Shown here piece by piece: positions 20,401 to 34,681 of a DNA stretch of 64,000 nt. The number at the start of each line of letters is the position of its first letter. The first letter of the stretch is position 1. The stretch is taken from contig JARDVH010000106.1 in assembly GCA_030324005.1 (NCBI GenBank), positions 59,270,763-59,334,762 on the forward strand, in the 5' to 3' direction. Made by a program: the position numbers and the translations under genes. This DNA comes from Negaprion brevirostris. Its lineage: Eukaryota. The notes under the pieces were generated by a model, which saw only the letters and a list, made by a program, of their open reading frames with translations, had not been told where the DNA came from and did no database searches.

Positions 20401-22914
20401 ATATAGCTCATTGATAGTATCTGAAGCCACATTTTACTGATTGGATTCAATGAGTTTGATGATAACTGATGCAATATATGGTCATTAACTGTGAAAAATC
20501 ACTTTTCATCTGGCCTTAATCAGGCAAATTTTGAATATTTCTAAGGATTTTAACATTGCTGAATAATTGGTGCCCAGTCATTGGGAAGTCGGTCAGTCCT
20601 CTATCAAACAAAGGAAATTTTCAGTTAACGGGGTGAATAGCCAATTATATTTTAAATATACTCAATTTATCAGCATTTGTGCACAAACAATATAGTATAT
20701 TTATAATTGTAATCAGTTGGAATTGTTGGAAGTTTATTAATGTATGTAGCTTTGATACCTTTGTGAAGAATCACTATCCTGACCAGTAAATAACAAGCAA
20801 AGCAACTTGAAGCCATTGTTAGGAAGTGTCTGGTCATGGGTGCTTTGCGGGATGTTTAACATAGATATTCCCTTATTTACGAACCTGAATATTTTGTGAC
20901 ACACGTATAAATGCACACTTTTGTCATGGCTTTTGCTTTTTATGCTAGATAATTTCTTAGCTTTATAGGTCTAGCGCTGGGACTTTTTATGGGGCAGTGC
21001 ACCATCTCTAGCAGTGCCAAGAGATGTTTGAGATAGTAATCTAATTTTTTCTCAGAACTCCACTGTGTGAGCCAGAAAAATCCAATTCTTGAGATTTACC
21101 AACGAGAATTACCTATTTCACTCTAAATGTGCCCATAAGCCAAATTAATGCAACCTGTCTTCATAATTTAGTCCTGTAAGCCATGTACTGGCTGCAAAAT
21201 GATTTCTCTTGGTACGAATTTTTTTTAAAGTCAGTCAATTAACCAGCATTGGTAAAGAATAAATTTAGATAACCATAAAGCAAAGCAGAAGTGTAGAATA
21301 TTTTGTACTATAATCTAGTTTTTAATGCAGTATGATCACTGCAACATAGAGTGCACTTCTAAATGTAGTAATTTGAAACAAAATATGAATATGTAATAGT
21401 CATCGTTGGATGTGGAGTTGTCTTGATTGAAGGTTGTGGAATAAAGTCAGAGGGAGTGAATACGACAGAAATTCACAACGGGAATTCAGATAGTGTCATA
21501 GGCCATAAAAGTGAAGCTCAAGTGCTTTATGAATTGCCGCCTGTTTCACTTTGACACTTCCCATCCTAATGCTTAAAAGGACTGAATTATATTGAAGTCT
21601 GACTTTATTGTGCTTATCCTGTGGTGCTAATATCTCAGATCACTTGGGACTACAATAAATTATTTTTGTAATTTCAATCAGTTAGAAGTGATGTTAAAAT
21701 TTAAATTATTTTCAAGCATGTTTCTTTTTCCTATAATGTGACATCCCCTTTGGTGTTCATGGGACCCTGAGGATTCCTGGCTTTCATTTTTAAATAAACT
21801 GAAGCCCTGGGATACAGATCGAATACTCGATAATTGTCACCAACTTTTTTCTTTCATTGTTTACTTTTCTTGTTTTCAGGGGAAAGAGAAAATTAAGTTA
21901 GTGGCAGAGGCTGTGTGTGTGGAACTGGGCCCTCTAGCTGGCCTTTAATAATAACTGAGGATAGCGGTTGGTCAGCATTACACAGAGGGTTTTTTGGTCC
22001 AGAAAATGTTTTAGGAAAGTAGACAGTGGTTTCTTGCCTTGACTATCTTAAGGGGCAACTGGATATGTACTTGAAGCAGAGAGAATGGGGCAATGGATTA
22101 GTTTTGTGTTGGTTTGGCAAATAAGAGCCACAGACAAAGGGCCAAATGGCATCTTCGTATGAACTTAAGTGGTTTTATTTGTAACTTCATTCTAATCAGC
22201 AATAAACATTTATTTTACCAGTGATACTTTTTCCTCCTAAGACCAAGATCGAAACCATTGTTGCTTCCAGAAGCAAGCCCAACTCCCTTTATTTTGCAGT
22301 TTACCCTCTGTAGACAATGTTGCAATGTAAATACACGATAAAACAACTGCATGTGGTGTTTTTAAGTTAATGCTTGTGACATGTTTGCTACTGCTGGTAC
22401 CTGAGGAAGGTCTGTACAAGCTGATTGCTTGTGACAGCGTGGGCAGGAACACTCTTGCTGCTGTGTCTGCTGGCAGTTGTGTTTTCTTGGCTCCCTTTGA
22501 CTCTCATGGCAAGCTGTTTGGTATTTACATTGAAAGCTCAAGTTAGGAGGGAGTTGTGCAGCACCTTTTTGTTGGAAATTTGCCAGAGTTTACAGAAATG
22601 CTGAAACCAGCAAGCCCCGACATTAAGAAGGATTTTAACTACCTTTCCAGTTGAATTATTGCAAGGATAGTTTGTTCTAATGAGTAAAGATATTTCCAAT
22701 TTAAAGTATATTATAAAATTCACCCTTGCCACTAGTCCCTTTTTGAAGGCTTGTAATAAACAAATATTATCCAAAAAAAATCAATGGAGAGTTGTGAGCA
22801 GACCAGCATTTGTTAATGGTCCTTAATTGCCCTTGACAAGGTGGTGATGAACCACATTCTTCAGTTTCTCTGATAGACAAGATGCAAGCACACCACAGTG
22901 CTGTTAGGGAGGGT

Positions 22915-24953
22915 GCAATGCAGTTTAATGTGGATAATTTGAGTTTATCCGCTTTCGTAGCTAAAAGGTGAAGGCAGATTATTTTCTGAGTGGATATAAA
23001 TTGAAAGAGGGGAATATGCAACAAAACCTGGGTTTCCTGTTACACCAGTCACTGAAGGTAAGCATGCAGGCACAGTAGGGGGTAAAGAAGGCCTTCATTG
23101 TGAGAGGGTTTGAGTACTGGAGCGCGGATGCCTTGATGCAATTATATAGGGCCTTGATGAGGCCACACCTGAAATATTGTGTGCAGTTTTGGTCTCCTTT
23201 TCTGTGGAAAGATGCTTTCGCTCTAGAGGGAATGCAGAGAAGGTTTAGCGGACTGATTCCTAGGGTGACAGGACTGATAGATGAGGAGATTGAGTCAATT
23301 AGGATTGTATTCATTGCAGTTGAGAAAAATGAGGAGGGATCTCCTTGAAATCTATAAAGTTCCAATAGGACTAGACAAGGTAGATGCTGGAAGGATGTCT
23401 CCAGAACCAGAGATCACAAGCTGAGGGTACAGGGGAGATGATTTAGGACAGAGATGAGAAATTTCTTCATGCAGAGTGTGAAATTTGCTACCACAGGAAG
23501 TGGTTGAGGACAAAACATTGAATGTTTTCAATAGGCAGCTAGATATAGCACTTGAGGCAAAGGGGATCAAAGGATATGGGGACCGGGGGAGGTGGGATCA
23601 GGCTATTGAGTTGGATGATCAGCCATGATCAAAATTTGATTTATTATTGTCATATATTAGTACACAGTGAAAAGTACTGTTTCTTGCGTGCTATACAGAC
23701 AAAGCATACCGTATATAGGGAAGGAAAGGCAAGAGTGCAGAATGAAGTGCTACAGTCATAGCNNNNNNNNNNNNNNNNNNNNNNNNNNNNNNNNNNNNNN
23801 NNNNNNNNNNNNNNNNNNNNNNGGTTGGTACGTGTACTCACGTATCACGTATTTTTGTGTCCTTCTCCTGAAGGAAGAAAGTGGAAGAGAGTATGTCCGG
23901 GGCGTGTGGGGCCCTTAATTATTCCGGCCGCTTTTGAGGTAGCGGGAAGTGTAGACAGTGTCAGCGGATGAGACATTGGTTTGAATGATGGACTGGACTT
24001 TGTTCACGACCCTTTGTAGCTCATTGAAGTCTTGGACAGAGCAGGAGCCGTACTAACCTGTGCTAGAACCAGAAAGAATGCTTTCTATGGTGCATTGGTA
24101 AAAGTTGCTAAGGACATGCCAAATTTCCTTAGTCTCCTGAGAAAGTAGAGGCATTGGTGGGCTTTAACTATGGAACAGGTTGTTGGTGATCTGGACACCT
24201 AAAAACTTGAAGCCCTTGACCATTTCGACTTTGTCCCATTGATATAGATGGGCATGCTCTCCACTATGCTTCCTGAAGTAAATGTCAACAAAATGAAAGA
24301 GATAATCTCTCCCTTGATGACTATTGTCATTGCATAAGTTCACCAGATTTGCTATCTCTTTCCTGTACTGTCTCTCAGCATTGTTTGAAATCCAACCCAC
24401 TGCGGTGATGTCATCAGTAAAAAAAATCGAGTCAGAGGGTAATTTGGCCACAGTCATAGGTATATAAGGAGTATGGTAAAGGGCTGAGGATACAGCCTTG
24501 CGGACCACCTGTATTGATTGCGGCGGAGGTGTTGCTGCCTATCCTTACTGTGGTCTATAGGTTAGGAAGTCTAGGATCTAGTTGCAGAGGAAGGGGCTGA
24601 GCCCCAGGCCACAAAGTTTGGAGATGTCTCGTAGGAATAATAGTGTTGAAGGCTGAGCTGTAGTCTGTGAATAGGAGCCTGACATAGGTGTGTTTGTTAC
24701 CTAGGTGTTCCAGCATTGAGTATAGGACCAGGGAGATGGCATCTGCTGTGGACCTATTGCAGCGATAGGTGAACTGTAGTGGTTCCGGGCAGTCTGGGAG
24801 ACAGGAATTGATTTGTTCCATGACTAACCTTTTCGAAGCATTTCATAATGATAGATGTCAGTCAGAGCCACCAGATAGTAATTAAGGCAGAATGAATGGT
24901 AGAGCAGACTCAGGCTGAATGGTCTTCTCCTGCTCCTATTTTCTATGTTTCTT
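22915..24953 (+). mobile_element. CR1-type LINE 3' part; pieces at 22915-23630 and ~24890-24953
   Basis: [22 protein letters not shown]. The 3'UTR is split at agccatgatc | aatgaatggtagagcag. Confidence 0.85.
23631..24885 (-). mobile_element. Rex1/Babar-type LINE RT and 3'UTR
   Basis: PLQFTYRCNRSTADAISL and TYVRLLFTDYSSAFNTIIP motifs. Confidence 0.85.
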
Positions 24954-27014
24954 GATTCTGTGATAGTGAAAGAAAAGGGACATATTCCAAGTCCGTATAG
25001 TGCGTGGCGTGGAGGTGAACTTGCAGGTGGTGGTGATCCTACGCATCTGCTAGCCTTTCCTTCTAGATGTAGAAGTAACTGACTTGGGAAGTGCTGCCAA
25101 AGGAAATTTGGAGAGTTGCTACAATGTATCTTGTGATTGTCCACATTGCTGCCACTGTGTACTGGTGGTGGAACAAATTATTTCCTTCAGACTTTGGCTG
25201 GGGTGCCATCAAGCAAGTTTATCCTAGATAGTGTTGTGTTTCTTGTGTTGTTGGAGCTGCACAGATCAATGGAAGTGGAGAGTATTCCATCATCCTCCAG
25301 ATTTGTGCCTTGTCGTTCGTGAACAGGTTTGGACAGCCAGGGTACAAGTAACTCACCATAAAATTACCAGTCTCTTCCCTGCTTTTGTGGTCTCGATATT
25401 TATGTAACTGGTCAATGATTATCCCCAGGATGTTGATGGAAATTCAGCCATTGAAATGCCCCATTGAATGTGGTGGTAATAGTTGTATTCACTCTTGTTG
25501 GAGATTGTGAACGTTTGGTCACAATGTTACTTGCTACTTAACTGCACCATACTGTTCGTTGTCCAGGTCTTGCTGCTTGCGAGTACAAATTGTTTCAGTG
25601 TCTGAGGAGCTGCAAATGGTACTGAATCCTGCAATCGCCAACAAACATTCCCACTTCTGACCTTTTGAAACCTTAGAGACCGCTTGGTGTTGACCACAAT
25701 TGGTTTGTTTTTTTTAATTGAATTGATCAACTCTTTCATTTCAAACTTTTGTTAGTTTAATTTGTGTTTTAGTGTGAACAATATTTTTTTCTCAACTGTA
25801 ATAGCAGTTTGCATTTATGTTGACCCTTCATATAAGGAGAATGTTGAGAAGAAGTTCAAGGGTTAAATACTTTTGGATCTTGGTGAACCACAAAGTTGCT
25901 GGTCAATGCCCTAGTTTGCTGCAAGTTTCAGAATTATTTGCTTGTTGTTCAAACTTGATAATGTTTTTCATTTTCACTTGGCATTTCTTCTTTTGAAACT
26001 TAACTATCCAGTCATTACCATGTACTCCAGGTAATCCATTTTTTTACACTTCAAATTGAATTATCTAATAATTTGAATAAAGTAATTTGAGTAACACTGC
26101 AAAATTGAAATTTAATGATGGACAAATCAAATGATTAGACAATTAAAGTTCCTCAATTAAGAAGAGCAGACTATACTGGGAAACATGGTTTGTGCTACTG
26201 TTTGGAAAAGTTGGGAGGTTTGTTGGAGTACCACCCAGTGTTGCAAATGAGACATTACAGGAAAATAATTAACTTTTTAATTTCTTCAGGTTTCATGATT
26301 TCTCTCCACCTCTTAAGAGTTCCAAGGCATTTTTAAGCCTTGTGCTGACAGGTTTTCACCTTTAGCAAATAGTGTATCCATAAGAATTTACTGTACTCTG
26401 GGTTTACTGCTCAAGTTAGGATATTGTCCTTCCTTTAAAAAAAACTTTAAAACCCTTTGAGTTGAGTTTGTCAGATCATTCTAATGATTTATCATTAGAA
26501 TCTGCATTCTGAGGAAGATTATTTGAATGGCTGATGGGATGCTGCAAATGTCAGTGTCAGCCTGAAGCAGAGTTGTACTTTCATCTGCCATGTCAACTGG
26601 CATAGTGGGTGCTTTTCTCCACACTTGACCAAGACTACAGATCGGGTAGTCTCGTGTTCTTGCAATTTGCAGCCTAGAAAACCTTTTGTTTTTGGAAACT
26701 TCACTTAATTCCAACAATTTGAAATGACTGCCATACACAGTGAGATGAAATAAAAGTCTTTAAATTGTGAATTAACATTACATGCAACTTTCCATTTAAA
26801 ATAATATGTAGCCAATGGTATTTAGGTTGCACGTGTGTCAAAAATGGTTTGAGATCTGTGTATCCCACCACTGAATTAATGTGATTTCAAAAAACATAGC
26901 AAGAAATCATAGCTTAACGATATGTTCCTTTTTGTTTGCTGTGGCATGTGTTCACTGACGCTGATTAATTCGCATATTAAGTAATGCTGATCGGTTCAGT
27001 TTTTGCAATATTTT

Positions 27015-27310
27015 TAAAATTCATGTACGGGATATGGACATCACTGGTTAGGCCAGCATTTAATACCCATCCTTAATTGCCCTTGAAGATGGTGATGAGC
27101 TGCTTTCATGAATTACTGCAGTCTCTATGATGTTGGTCCACCATAGGGACTGCAGGGAGGGATTTTGGCCCTGTGACAGTGAAAGAACGGCGACGTATTT
27201 CCAAGGCAGGATGGTGAGTGACTTAGAACTTTTAGGTGATGGTGTTACCAAGTTTCTGCTGTCCTTGCCCTAGATGGTAGGAGATGTGGGTTTGGAAGGT
27301 GCTGCCCTGG
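27015..27310 (-). mobile_element. Old LINE 3' end (same family as 22790; further copies near 6700, 12280 and 63720)
   Basis: Shared ccagcattta(t/a)t(g/a)cccatcc(c/t)taattgcccttga terminus. Confidence 0.6.
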
Positions 27311-27703
27311 TAAGTTCCTACTCATAACTGATAATTTTTGCCTTGTCCCCTGTCAGCACTGTTTAATCCTAATAGGTTTTGGTTGGTGGTATTTGAAGAA
27401 TTGCATTGTGAATGTCTCTAGTTTTAAATCTGCTTTTACATGGATAAGATCATCTGCATCTGATATCATTAGCCTGTGAAATTAATTACTAAATTGGGGA
27501 AGAAAAAGATTGAAGGAAATTTTCTGACTGAGGCCAGGTTAAAATTTGGCCTAGATGAGTGTGAACTATTTGATCTTGTGTCTGAGAAGTGGAAATGGTC
27601 TTAGCGCACTGGGTTAGAAATACAGATAGTAAATGAATGGAAATCAATTTCATTTGTAGGGAAATGTTCTTCACTCTTCTAACAGCAATGTCTTTTCCTG
27701 TAG

Positions 27704-27859
27704 ACAAAGCTGAGAAATATGATTCTCGAGATGTTGAAAGACTACAGCAGGATGATGGGTGGGTCGAGAGCTATCTGCAATGGAGACATCACAACGTGGA
27801 TGACACATTGAAAATGATCGATGACAGTTTTCAATGGAGAAAAGAATTTTCTGTTCATG
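27704..27859 (+). CDS. MOSPD2: MOSPD2 exon 3, 156 bp: (D)KAEKYDSRDVERLQQDDGWVESYLQWRHHNVDDTLKMIDDSFQWRKEFSVH
   Basis: AG/GTAAG boundaries, phase 1/1. CRAL-TRIO N-terminal motif. Confidence 0.97.
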
Positions 27860-29352
27860 GTAAGTTGCCAGCAATATGAAAATATAGGCTGGCAATTACC
27901 TTTAAATTATTTTCGCGTGGGGAGGAATCTGCATAATGCTCATTCATAAAATTGAGCAAGACCATTATGTAGAAAATAAATGCAGGAAAATATTGACCTG
28001 GAACATGTATGGTTTGCACATTTTGTGTAGTGCACGTATTTCTCTGTTATTGAAACACATTCTAAATGTTTAAGTTAATTTAGAAAAACTTGCTGATCAC
28101 CTTTTCACTCAGAAATGTAGATCATGTATTGAGACTGAGGTAGTGCTATGATTTAGTGGAGCTCTGTTTTTAACTTTCTGCATTAAAATGTAGCCCTTTT
28201 CTGAGTTATTTCTTCATTCATTAATGGCCTTTTGTAATGCAGCATACATTTAAATTGTCCTGTTCTGAGTTTTAAAAATAGGTGTAGAACTTTTAAAAAA
28301 TATGGATGCAGTAATTGCATCAATTAAAAATGTACTTTTAAATTAAGATTAACTGATAAAAGATCAGGATTCATTTTTGAAATTTCCTTGACATCCTTAA
28401 TTATTCCCTGGAATATTTTTTGTGGAACTGTTTCCTTCCATTTAATTTATATGCTTATAGCCTTAGCAGAAACATTGATAAGTATAATGTGCTTCTGTTG
28501 GTACTATGCTGGTTTTACTCTGTGAAAACTGTGGTAATCTCAAAGTGTGTATGGCGAGCTATATATTAAAACTTGTTTAATTATTTTACTTGTCAAATGT
28601 GTAATATGCAAAAAAAGTAATATCTTTCAAATTCCAAATAAGTTTTGTTTATTTGAATCACTCGGGACTGCTATGTTCTATTAGTGCACGATTCTGAAGG
28701 CCGCTTCAACGGATACCGACAGCCTGTGTTTTCTACAAGTTTGTCTAAGTATATTGCATCTCTGTTTCTGTAGTTGGATGATTGGCTCATTGAAGCTCCT
28801 AGCACAGCCCAAAGAGCTGTGGTTCTTAGTCAATTACAAAAATTCCCAGTTGCCGTCAGTAGTAATTAACTTGGACAACCTAGTGAGAGTTTCTCTTGTT
28901 TCAGATAAGTGTGCGTTCATCATGAAACCAATATTCCTATTACAAGCTGTTGATCAGGCAAAAGAAGTTCTTCAAAGGTCCGAGGTCAGATGGAAGTGTT
29001 TGATTCTTTTAAGCAACTTGTTTCAGCTGAAGCTGTGCAGAAGTGGTCCTTGCACTCATGCACTTTTCAGCAAAGGCCACATGAATGGGCAGGACTGGGA
29101 ATTTAGGCCTATTTGTTTTCCATCTCTATGTTTACAATAGAAGCTAAGACAAACTGTCATATCTCAATTATTATGCCGATAAGACTGACTAACCCAGCAT
29201 AGAGCTGAGAAGTTGCTCAGAATTTGTGAATCGTGTAGTTCCATTGGCCTTCAATCTAAGGATGTGGCCATATTTTGAAAGGTTTGCTAAGACGTTGTCT
29301 GCAAAGTTATGTAAAAACAGACATTAATCATTAACATTGTTTTACTTAACAG

Positions 29353-29439
29353 ATTTAAGTGAGTCTAACCTTCCTCGATGGACTTTTGAAACTGGAGCTG
29401 TTTATCTTCATGGCTACGATAAAGAAGGCAACAAAATGT
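29353..29439 (+). CDS. MOSPD2: MOSPD2 exon 4, 87 bp: (D)LSESNLPRWTFETGAVYLHGYDKEGNKM
   Basis: AG/GTAAGT boundaries, phase 1/1. YLHGYDKEG CRAL-TRIO motif. Confidence 0.96.
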
Positions 29440-30049
29440 GTAAGTTAAAGCTCCTTTATTTGCAGGGCATAACTTGCAGACTATGCAGGCAAATGGAGTT
29501 AAGATGCATTTTGCCATGGGCAAAATGGTGGATCAGACTTTCGTATTTTTGGTCCTATATTATTATGTCTGACCATCTATGAAAAATGAATCTTCACCTA
29601 TGAGATTCTACTTCCTTTCAAATTATTTAGTTTTAAGAAAACATGGCTGTATTTTGCCTCAATTTGAGTAAGCAATATTCTGACATTCAGCTATCATCTG
29701 GGTTTTTTTCCTGATTTTAAGTTGAATTAGGGCACTTACATTTTCTTACACTGTTATGGGAAATTTACATGGTGCCAATTAATTGTATGTGCAATATAGA
29801 CATTTCAGATTTTGGCAAAAGATGATTGACGTGCAATTGACTGACTTTTTGCTTTCCATTGCATGAGTCTTACCGCACCCTAAGGACAGGTGAAACTGCT
29901 TTGAGAGTATTCCATTGTTGCTGGAGCAAAGAGAGACCATTAATCTATTTATGCTTGATTTGAATAATTCTGAACTGATTTAGTTTTTCCTGACTTTGAT
30001 ACAGTACTGAGCTTTTAATATATTGGAGCAAAAGCAGAAATGATTTTAA

Positions 30050-30768
30050 TGAAAGGGAAGCATTGTCATCGACTTTAGGAAGCATAAAGGAGAACATGTT
30101 CCTGTCTACTTCAATGGGGACGAAGAGAGAGAGTTGAGAGCTTCATGTTTTTAGATGTCCAGATCACCAACAACCTGTCCTGGTCCCTCAAATGCTGACA
30201 CTGTGGTTAAGAAAGCTGACCAACACTGCTATTTTCTCAGAAGACCAAGGAAATTTGGCATGTCAGCTACGATTCTCTCCAACTTTTACAGATGCACCAT
30301 AGAAAGCATGCTTTCTGGTTATTTCACAGCTTGGTATGGCTCCTGCTCTGCCAAAGAGTGCAAGCATTTTCAGAAGGTTATGAATGTCGCCCAATCCACC
30401 ATGCAAACCAGCCTCCCATCCATTGACTCTGCCTACACTTCCAGCTGCCTCGGCAAAGCAGCCAGCATAATTAAGGACCCCACACACCCTGGACTTTCTC
30501 TCTTCCACCTTCTCCCTTTGGGAAAAAGATAAAAGTCAGAGGTCACGTACCAACTGACCCAAGAACAGCTTCTTCCCTGCTGCTGTCAGACTTTTGAATG
30601 GACTCACCTTGCATTAAGTTAACCTTTCTCTACACCCTAGCTATGACTGCAACACAACATTCTGCATTCTCTTGTTTCCTTCTCTATGAATGGTATGTTT
30701 TGTCTGTATAGTGTGTAAGAACAATACTTTTCACGATGATAATACATGTGAAAATAATAAATCAAATC
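30050..30768 (+). mobile_element. Rex1/Babar-type LINE 3' fragment
   Basis: VKKA.Q.CYFLRR.RKFGMS.TILSNFYRCTIESML motif, with an (AAATC)n tail. Confidence 0.85.
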
Positions 30769-31639
30769 AAAGAATGTCAGACTGATTGTATCCATAAGCC
30801 AAAACAAGTGAGATTTATAGCACTGAATGCACTCTGTCTTTGCCCGAACTCTGATGTAGCAATATGCCATTAAACCCCACTACCCTGAATCTTTTAAATT
30901 GAAATGGCTCTAACTTCTGAACTACAAATTGTATGTGTAGTGCTGTGTGCTATTGATAGTTTCCTTTCAGCTTAAGGAATAAGTACAACTGTTCTAAAGC
31001 TGTTCCTCACGTACGCACCACTTTGTAAAGTCTAACGTATGCAACCCTTTGAGATGAATTTATTTCCAAGTGTACATTGAAAACAGATGTTAATATAACA
31101 TGGCATTTGACCTTCAGTGCTCTGAGGATGTGTGACCATTCAGGGGGAGAATATTCTTCTGAATTATTCCTTAGTTCCTCTTCTGTGACACTGTGACATT
31201 GATTGTCACCTATTGTCAGAGATTTTGCATAAAATATCTGCTGACAGTTTCATAATTCTAGCAATGGACTTGAAAGATGTAATGAAACATTAATGTAGTT
31301 GAAATTTCATTGGGCTTTTTATACACCAAGTGAGCGTGAAAATTGCCAGTTCCAAATAAACCTTGAAGAGATGGTAGGACCAACATATAAAGTAAATCTG
31401 TTAGGGTTTATATTATCCCAGCATTTGCATTTAGCACATATAATACGTTGTTCTGACTGGAAAATGGTGTCCCAGACCAATTATGTTACTTTTGTGTCAG
31501 TGGTTTTCAGATGAAAGACATAAAGCCGATAACGTTATTGAATAGTTGCCACTTTGATTCTTGAGCTTACTGTACAGGAGATGTGAAGTGATCTCTTGTA
31601 GGTAGTCTCATCATCCTTGGGCATCCTTTAGGCTTGTGT

Positions 31640-32770
31640 ATTAGTTGTGGCTTAGTCAGTAGCACTCTTGCCACTTGAATAAGAAATTGTGTGTTTTTGC
31701 AGAATTTGAGCACAGAAACCTAGACTGTGCAGTACTGAGGGAATCCTGTATTTTTTTCCATAATGATGTCATACAGATGGAATAGTAAACCCCTACACCC
31801 TGTCTGTCTCCTGGGTAGGTGGAGGAACATAGGATCTGGGTGGGCCTGCTCCACCATTCAATAAGATCATTGCTGATCTGATTGTGGTCGCAATTCCACT
31901 TTCCTGTCTGCCTCAATACCTTCACTCCTTTATCTATCACAAATCTATGTGACTCAGTCTGGAATAAATTCAATGATTCAGCTCCTCTTTCTGGGAAAGA
32001 GAATTCCATCAACTAATAACTGTCTGACAGAACAAAATGCTACTTGTCTCTGTTTTGAACTTGGTTTTTAAACCATATCTCCTTGTTCATTTCTCCCATA
32101 AATGGAAATATCCTCCCACTATCCACATTATTAAGACCTCTCAGGATCTTGTATGTTTCAATAGAATGGTCTCTCATTCCTCTAAATCCCAATGGGTTTT
32201 TGCCTTACCTGTTCAAACTTTCTTTATAAGAGAAGCCCTGCATCTCAGGAATGAGCAGAGTGAACCTTCTGTGAAATGCTTCACAGAACAGTCATATACT
32301 TTTTCAAATAAGGAAATTAAAACTGTACCGTCCTCCCAGTCTCATCAATGATTGCGGAGCTGCAGTAAAACTTCTTTAATATTCCATTCCCCTTGCAATA
32401 AAGGCCACCATCCTATTTGTCTTCCTAATCACTTGTTGTACTTTTATTTTGTGATTCATGTACAAGGGCACCCAGTTTCCTCTGTACCATGGAGTTCTGC
32501 AATAACATTTAAGTAGCATACTGTTTTACTGTTCCTCCTGCCAAAGTGGACAAGTTTACATTAAAGATTGCATTCCACTAATTCGAAGAACAGGGGAGTG
32601 GTACCTGAGGCCTGGCCAGTATATGACCGTCAATCAGCGTATCACACTCTTGTTTGTGGAATCTTGCTGTGCACAAATTGGTTGTCACGTTTCCTACATT
32701 ACAACAGCATTTGCTTCAAAAGTAACAACACCCTGCGGTCATGAAAGTCACTATATAAATGCAAGTCCTG
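31640..32770 (+). mobile_element. Deu-domain-type SINE split by a minus-strand CR1 fragment (~31825-32560)
   Basis: The SINE core breaks at ...ggtaggtgga and resumes at ttaaagatt...gaagaacaggggag...ctatataaatgcaagt. Confidence 0.65.
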
Positions 32771-34526
32771 TTTCACCGAATGCATTGTTTGTCTGAAGCC
32801 AGGCTACTTCACTGCCAGGTAGCTTTTTTTTTGCATCCTTTTATGTTGAAGAGCTGCTCCTGTTGCCACTCAGCATTATTTAACTAGTAGTTGGATGTTG
32901 GCAAACAAGCTTCTGTGCAAAGAGTTATATTATTGTTGAAAGAGTCTAATTCAAGAGGTGGTAGTATGGTACTAAGAGCAATAACCTGTATTGCTGTCCC
33001 CTTCAAAACAGTGAAACCCTTGATGTAAAATATTTTGCCTATGAATGTGTGTGCTTAGAATATGTAAAAAAATGATTTTTGCAATGGTAATGTAATTTTG
33101 GGGGACAGTTGCTGCAAATCCAATTCTGCTTTGTTCATGTGATTTGACATTTGGTTTGCTTGGAGTTTTATGATGACTCACATTGTTTAAAGGTTAATGA
33201 ACCTGGGCTGTAGGTCATGTCATATGGTGCTTTTGAATAATCTGCTTCAGCATGTGCTTAATTTGTTCTGATTTAATGAGGGTCAAAATAATTAACTGCT
33301 AGCTTGTCTCTCAGTCAGACTTTTTCAGTCTGCAGACAAGGATGTGAATGGTGTCGACAAGTGATTATGAAACTTTGCACATCTTGCTGGCAAATAAGTC
33401 AATGCCATGGAACTGACAATGTTAATACAATTTGCAATGTAAATGCACCCAAAGTCATCCATTAATTTCAGCAATTACATTGCTCGGTAATCGTTCATAA
33501 CAAACATGTAATATTTTGGTTTGAAGGCAATTTTGCAAAAGAAAATATGGCGTCTTTGGTTTTATGGTCAGCGGCAAAGAAATTACATTTGTAGACATAA
33601 TAAACAACAAGCGTCTGAGCTTTCCTGGGCTTTTACACAGTAATTTGTGGTAATTAGAAATCTATTTCAACATATTGTCTTCTGTGAAGGATCTGTGGCA
33701 ATTGTGTGCAGGGCTACCAATCAAATTTAAGAATTTGCAAATGAGCCAAGTAGACTCTGAACGAGGAAATTAGTTGATATTTAATTGGTGTAATATCATG
33801 TTCAAGAAGCAACTAGAGAAAGTAAAACAAGATGGTATTGAGAGATGAGAGAAAAGGAAAAGAAAAAGTACCTTTTTCAAAATTCTCAACAATAATGCAA
33901 ACCTGAAGGATTCAGCAGCAGAGGTTGTTTGCAGCAACTATTAATTTATTATAGTATTAAAAATTCACTCAGATTGAAATACAAAGCAGCCCATTTTTTC
34001 CTAGTGTACTTAGTGGGCACACAACTTCACAGCCTCTGTCTTCATCGTGGTGAGATTACAGTGAAATTTGTGGTGGAGCAGAACAAATCACAGTTACTTC
34101 CTAATTTCCCCATTTAACTCTTTTTATTTGACATGGGAGCACTAATGGCCTCACTGTTAACTCTACTGAAAAGTTGGTGCCTTTGTTTAGACAAGCAATG
34201 CAGCATGCAGGAGTTAGCTTCGTTGTGCAAGAATACTGAACTACTGAAAGTGGCTCAGTAGAAATGCATCTTGTTCCAAAAACTTCTTACTGATAGCCTT
34301 CAGGCAGTTATTCTGGATGATGGTCTGAATGGTTTAGTGCAAATGCAGAAAATACGTGGCAAAGGAAAAGAAGTTTCATTTGCATTTCAAATGAGCTGTA
34401 TGTGGGACCCCTTTCAATATTGCCTATAAAGTTCAGTGGTATGATAGGGAATAACACTTGATTGTGCAGCCATAATCAGTTGAGAATTGATAAAGATTTG
34501 ATTTTTTTTTCTCTTCTATCTTCTAG

Positions 34527-34681
34527 TTTGGTTTCGAGTAAAGCTACACGTCAAGGATGCAAAGACATCATTGGACAAAAAGAAGTATGTAGCCTTCTGG
34601 TTAGAACGTTATGCTAAAAGAGAGCAAGGCAAACCTCTGACGGTTGTGTTTGATCTGACTGAGACTGGATTAAGCAATATA
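34527..34681 (+). CDS. MOSPD2: MOSPD2 exon 5, 155 bp: (F)WFRVKLHVKDAKTSLDKKKYVAFWLERYAKREQGKPLTVVFDLTETGLSNI
   Basis: Long polypyrimidine tract plus AG, GTAAGA donor, phase 1/0. Confidence 0.96.

Larger units (their letters stand above)
22790..25680 (-). mobile_element. Old LINE (clade not assigned), host of nested CR1 and Rex1/Babar insertions; pieces at 22790-22914 and 24954-25680
   Basis: Joined, the two pieces match the uninterrupted copy at 27020-27310. Confidence 0.65.
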
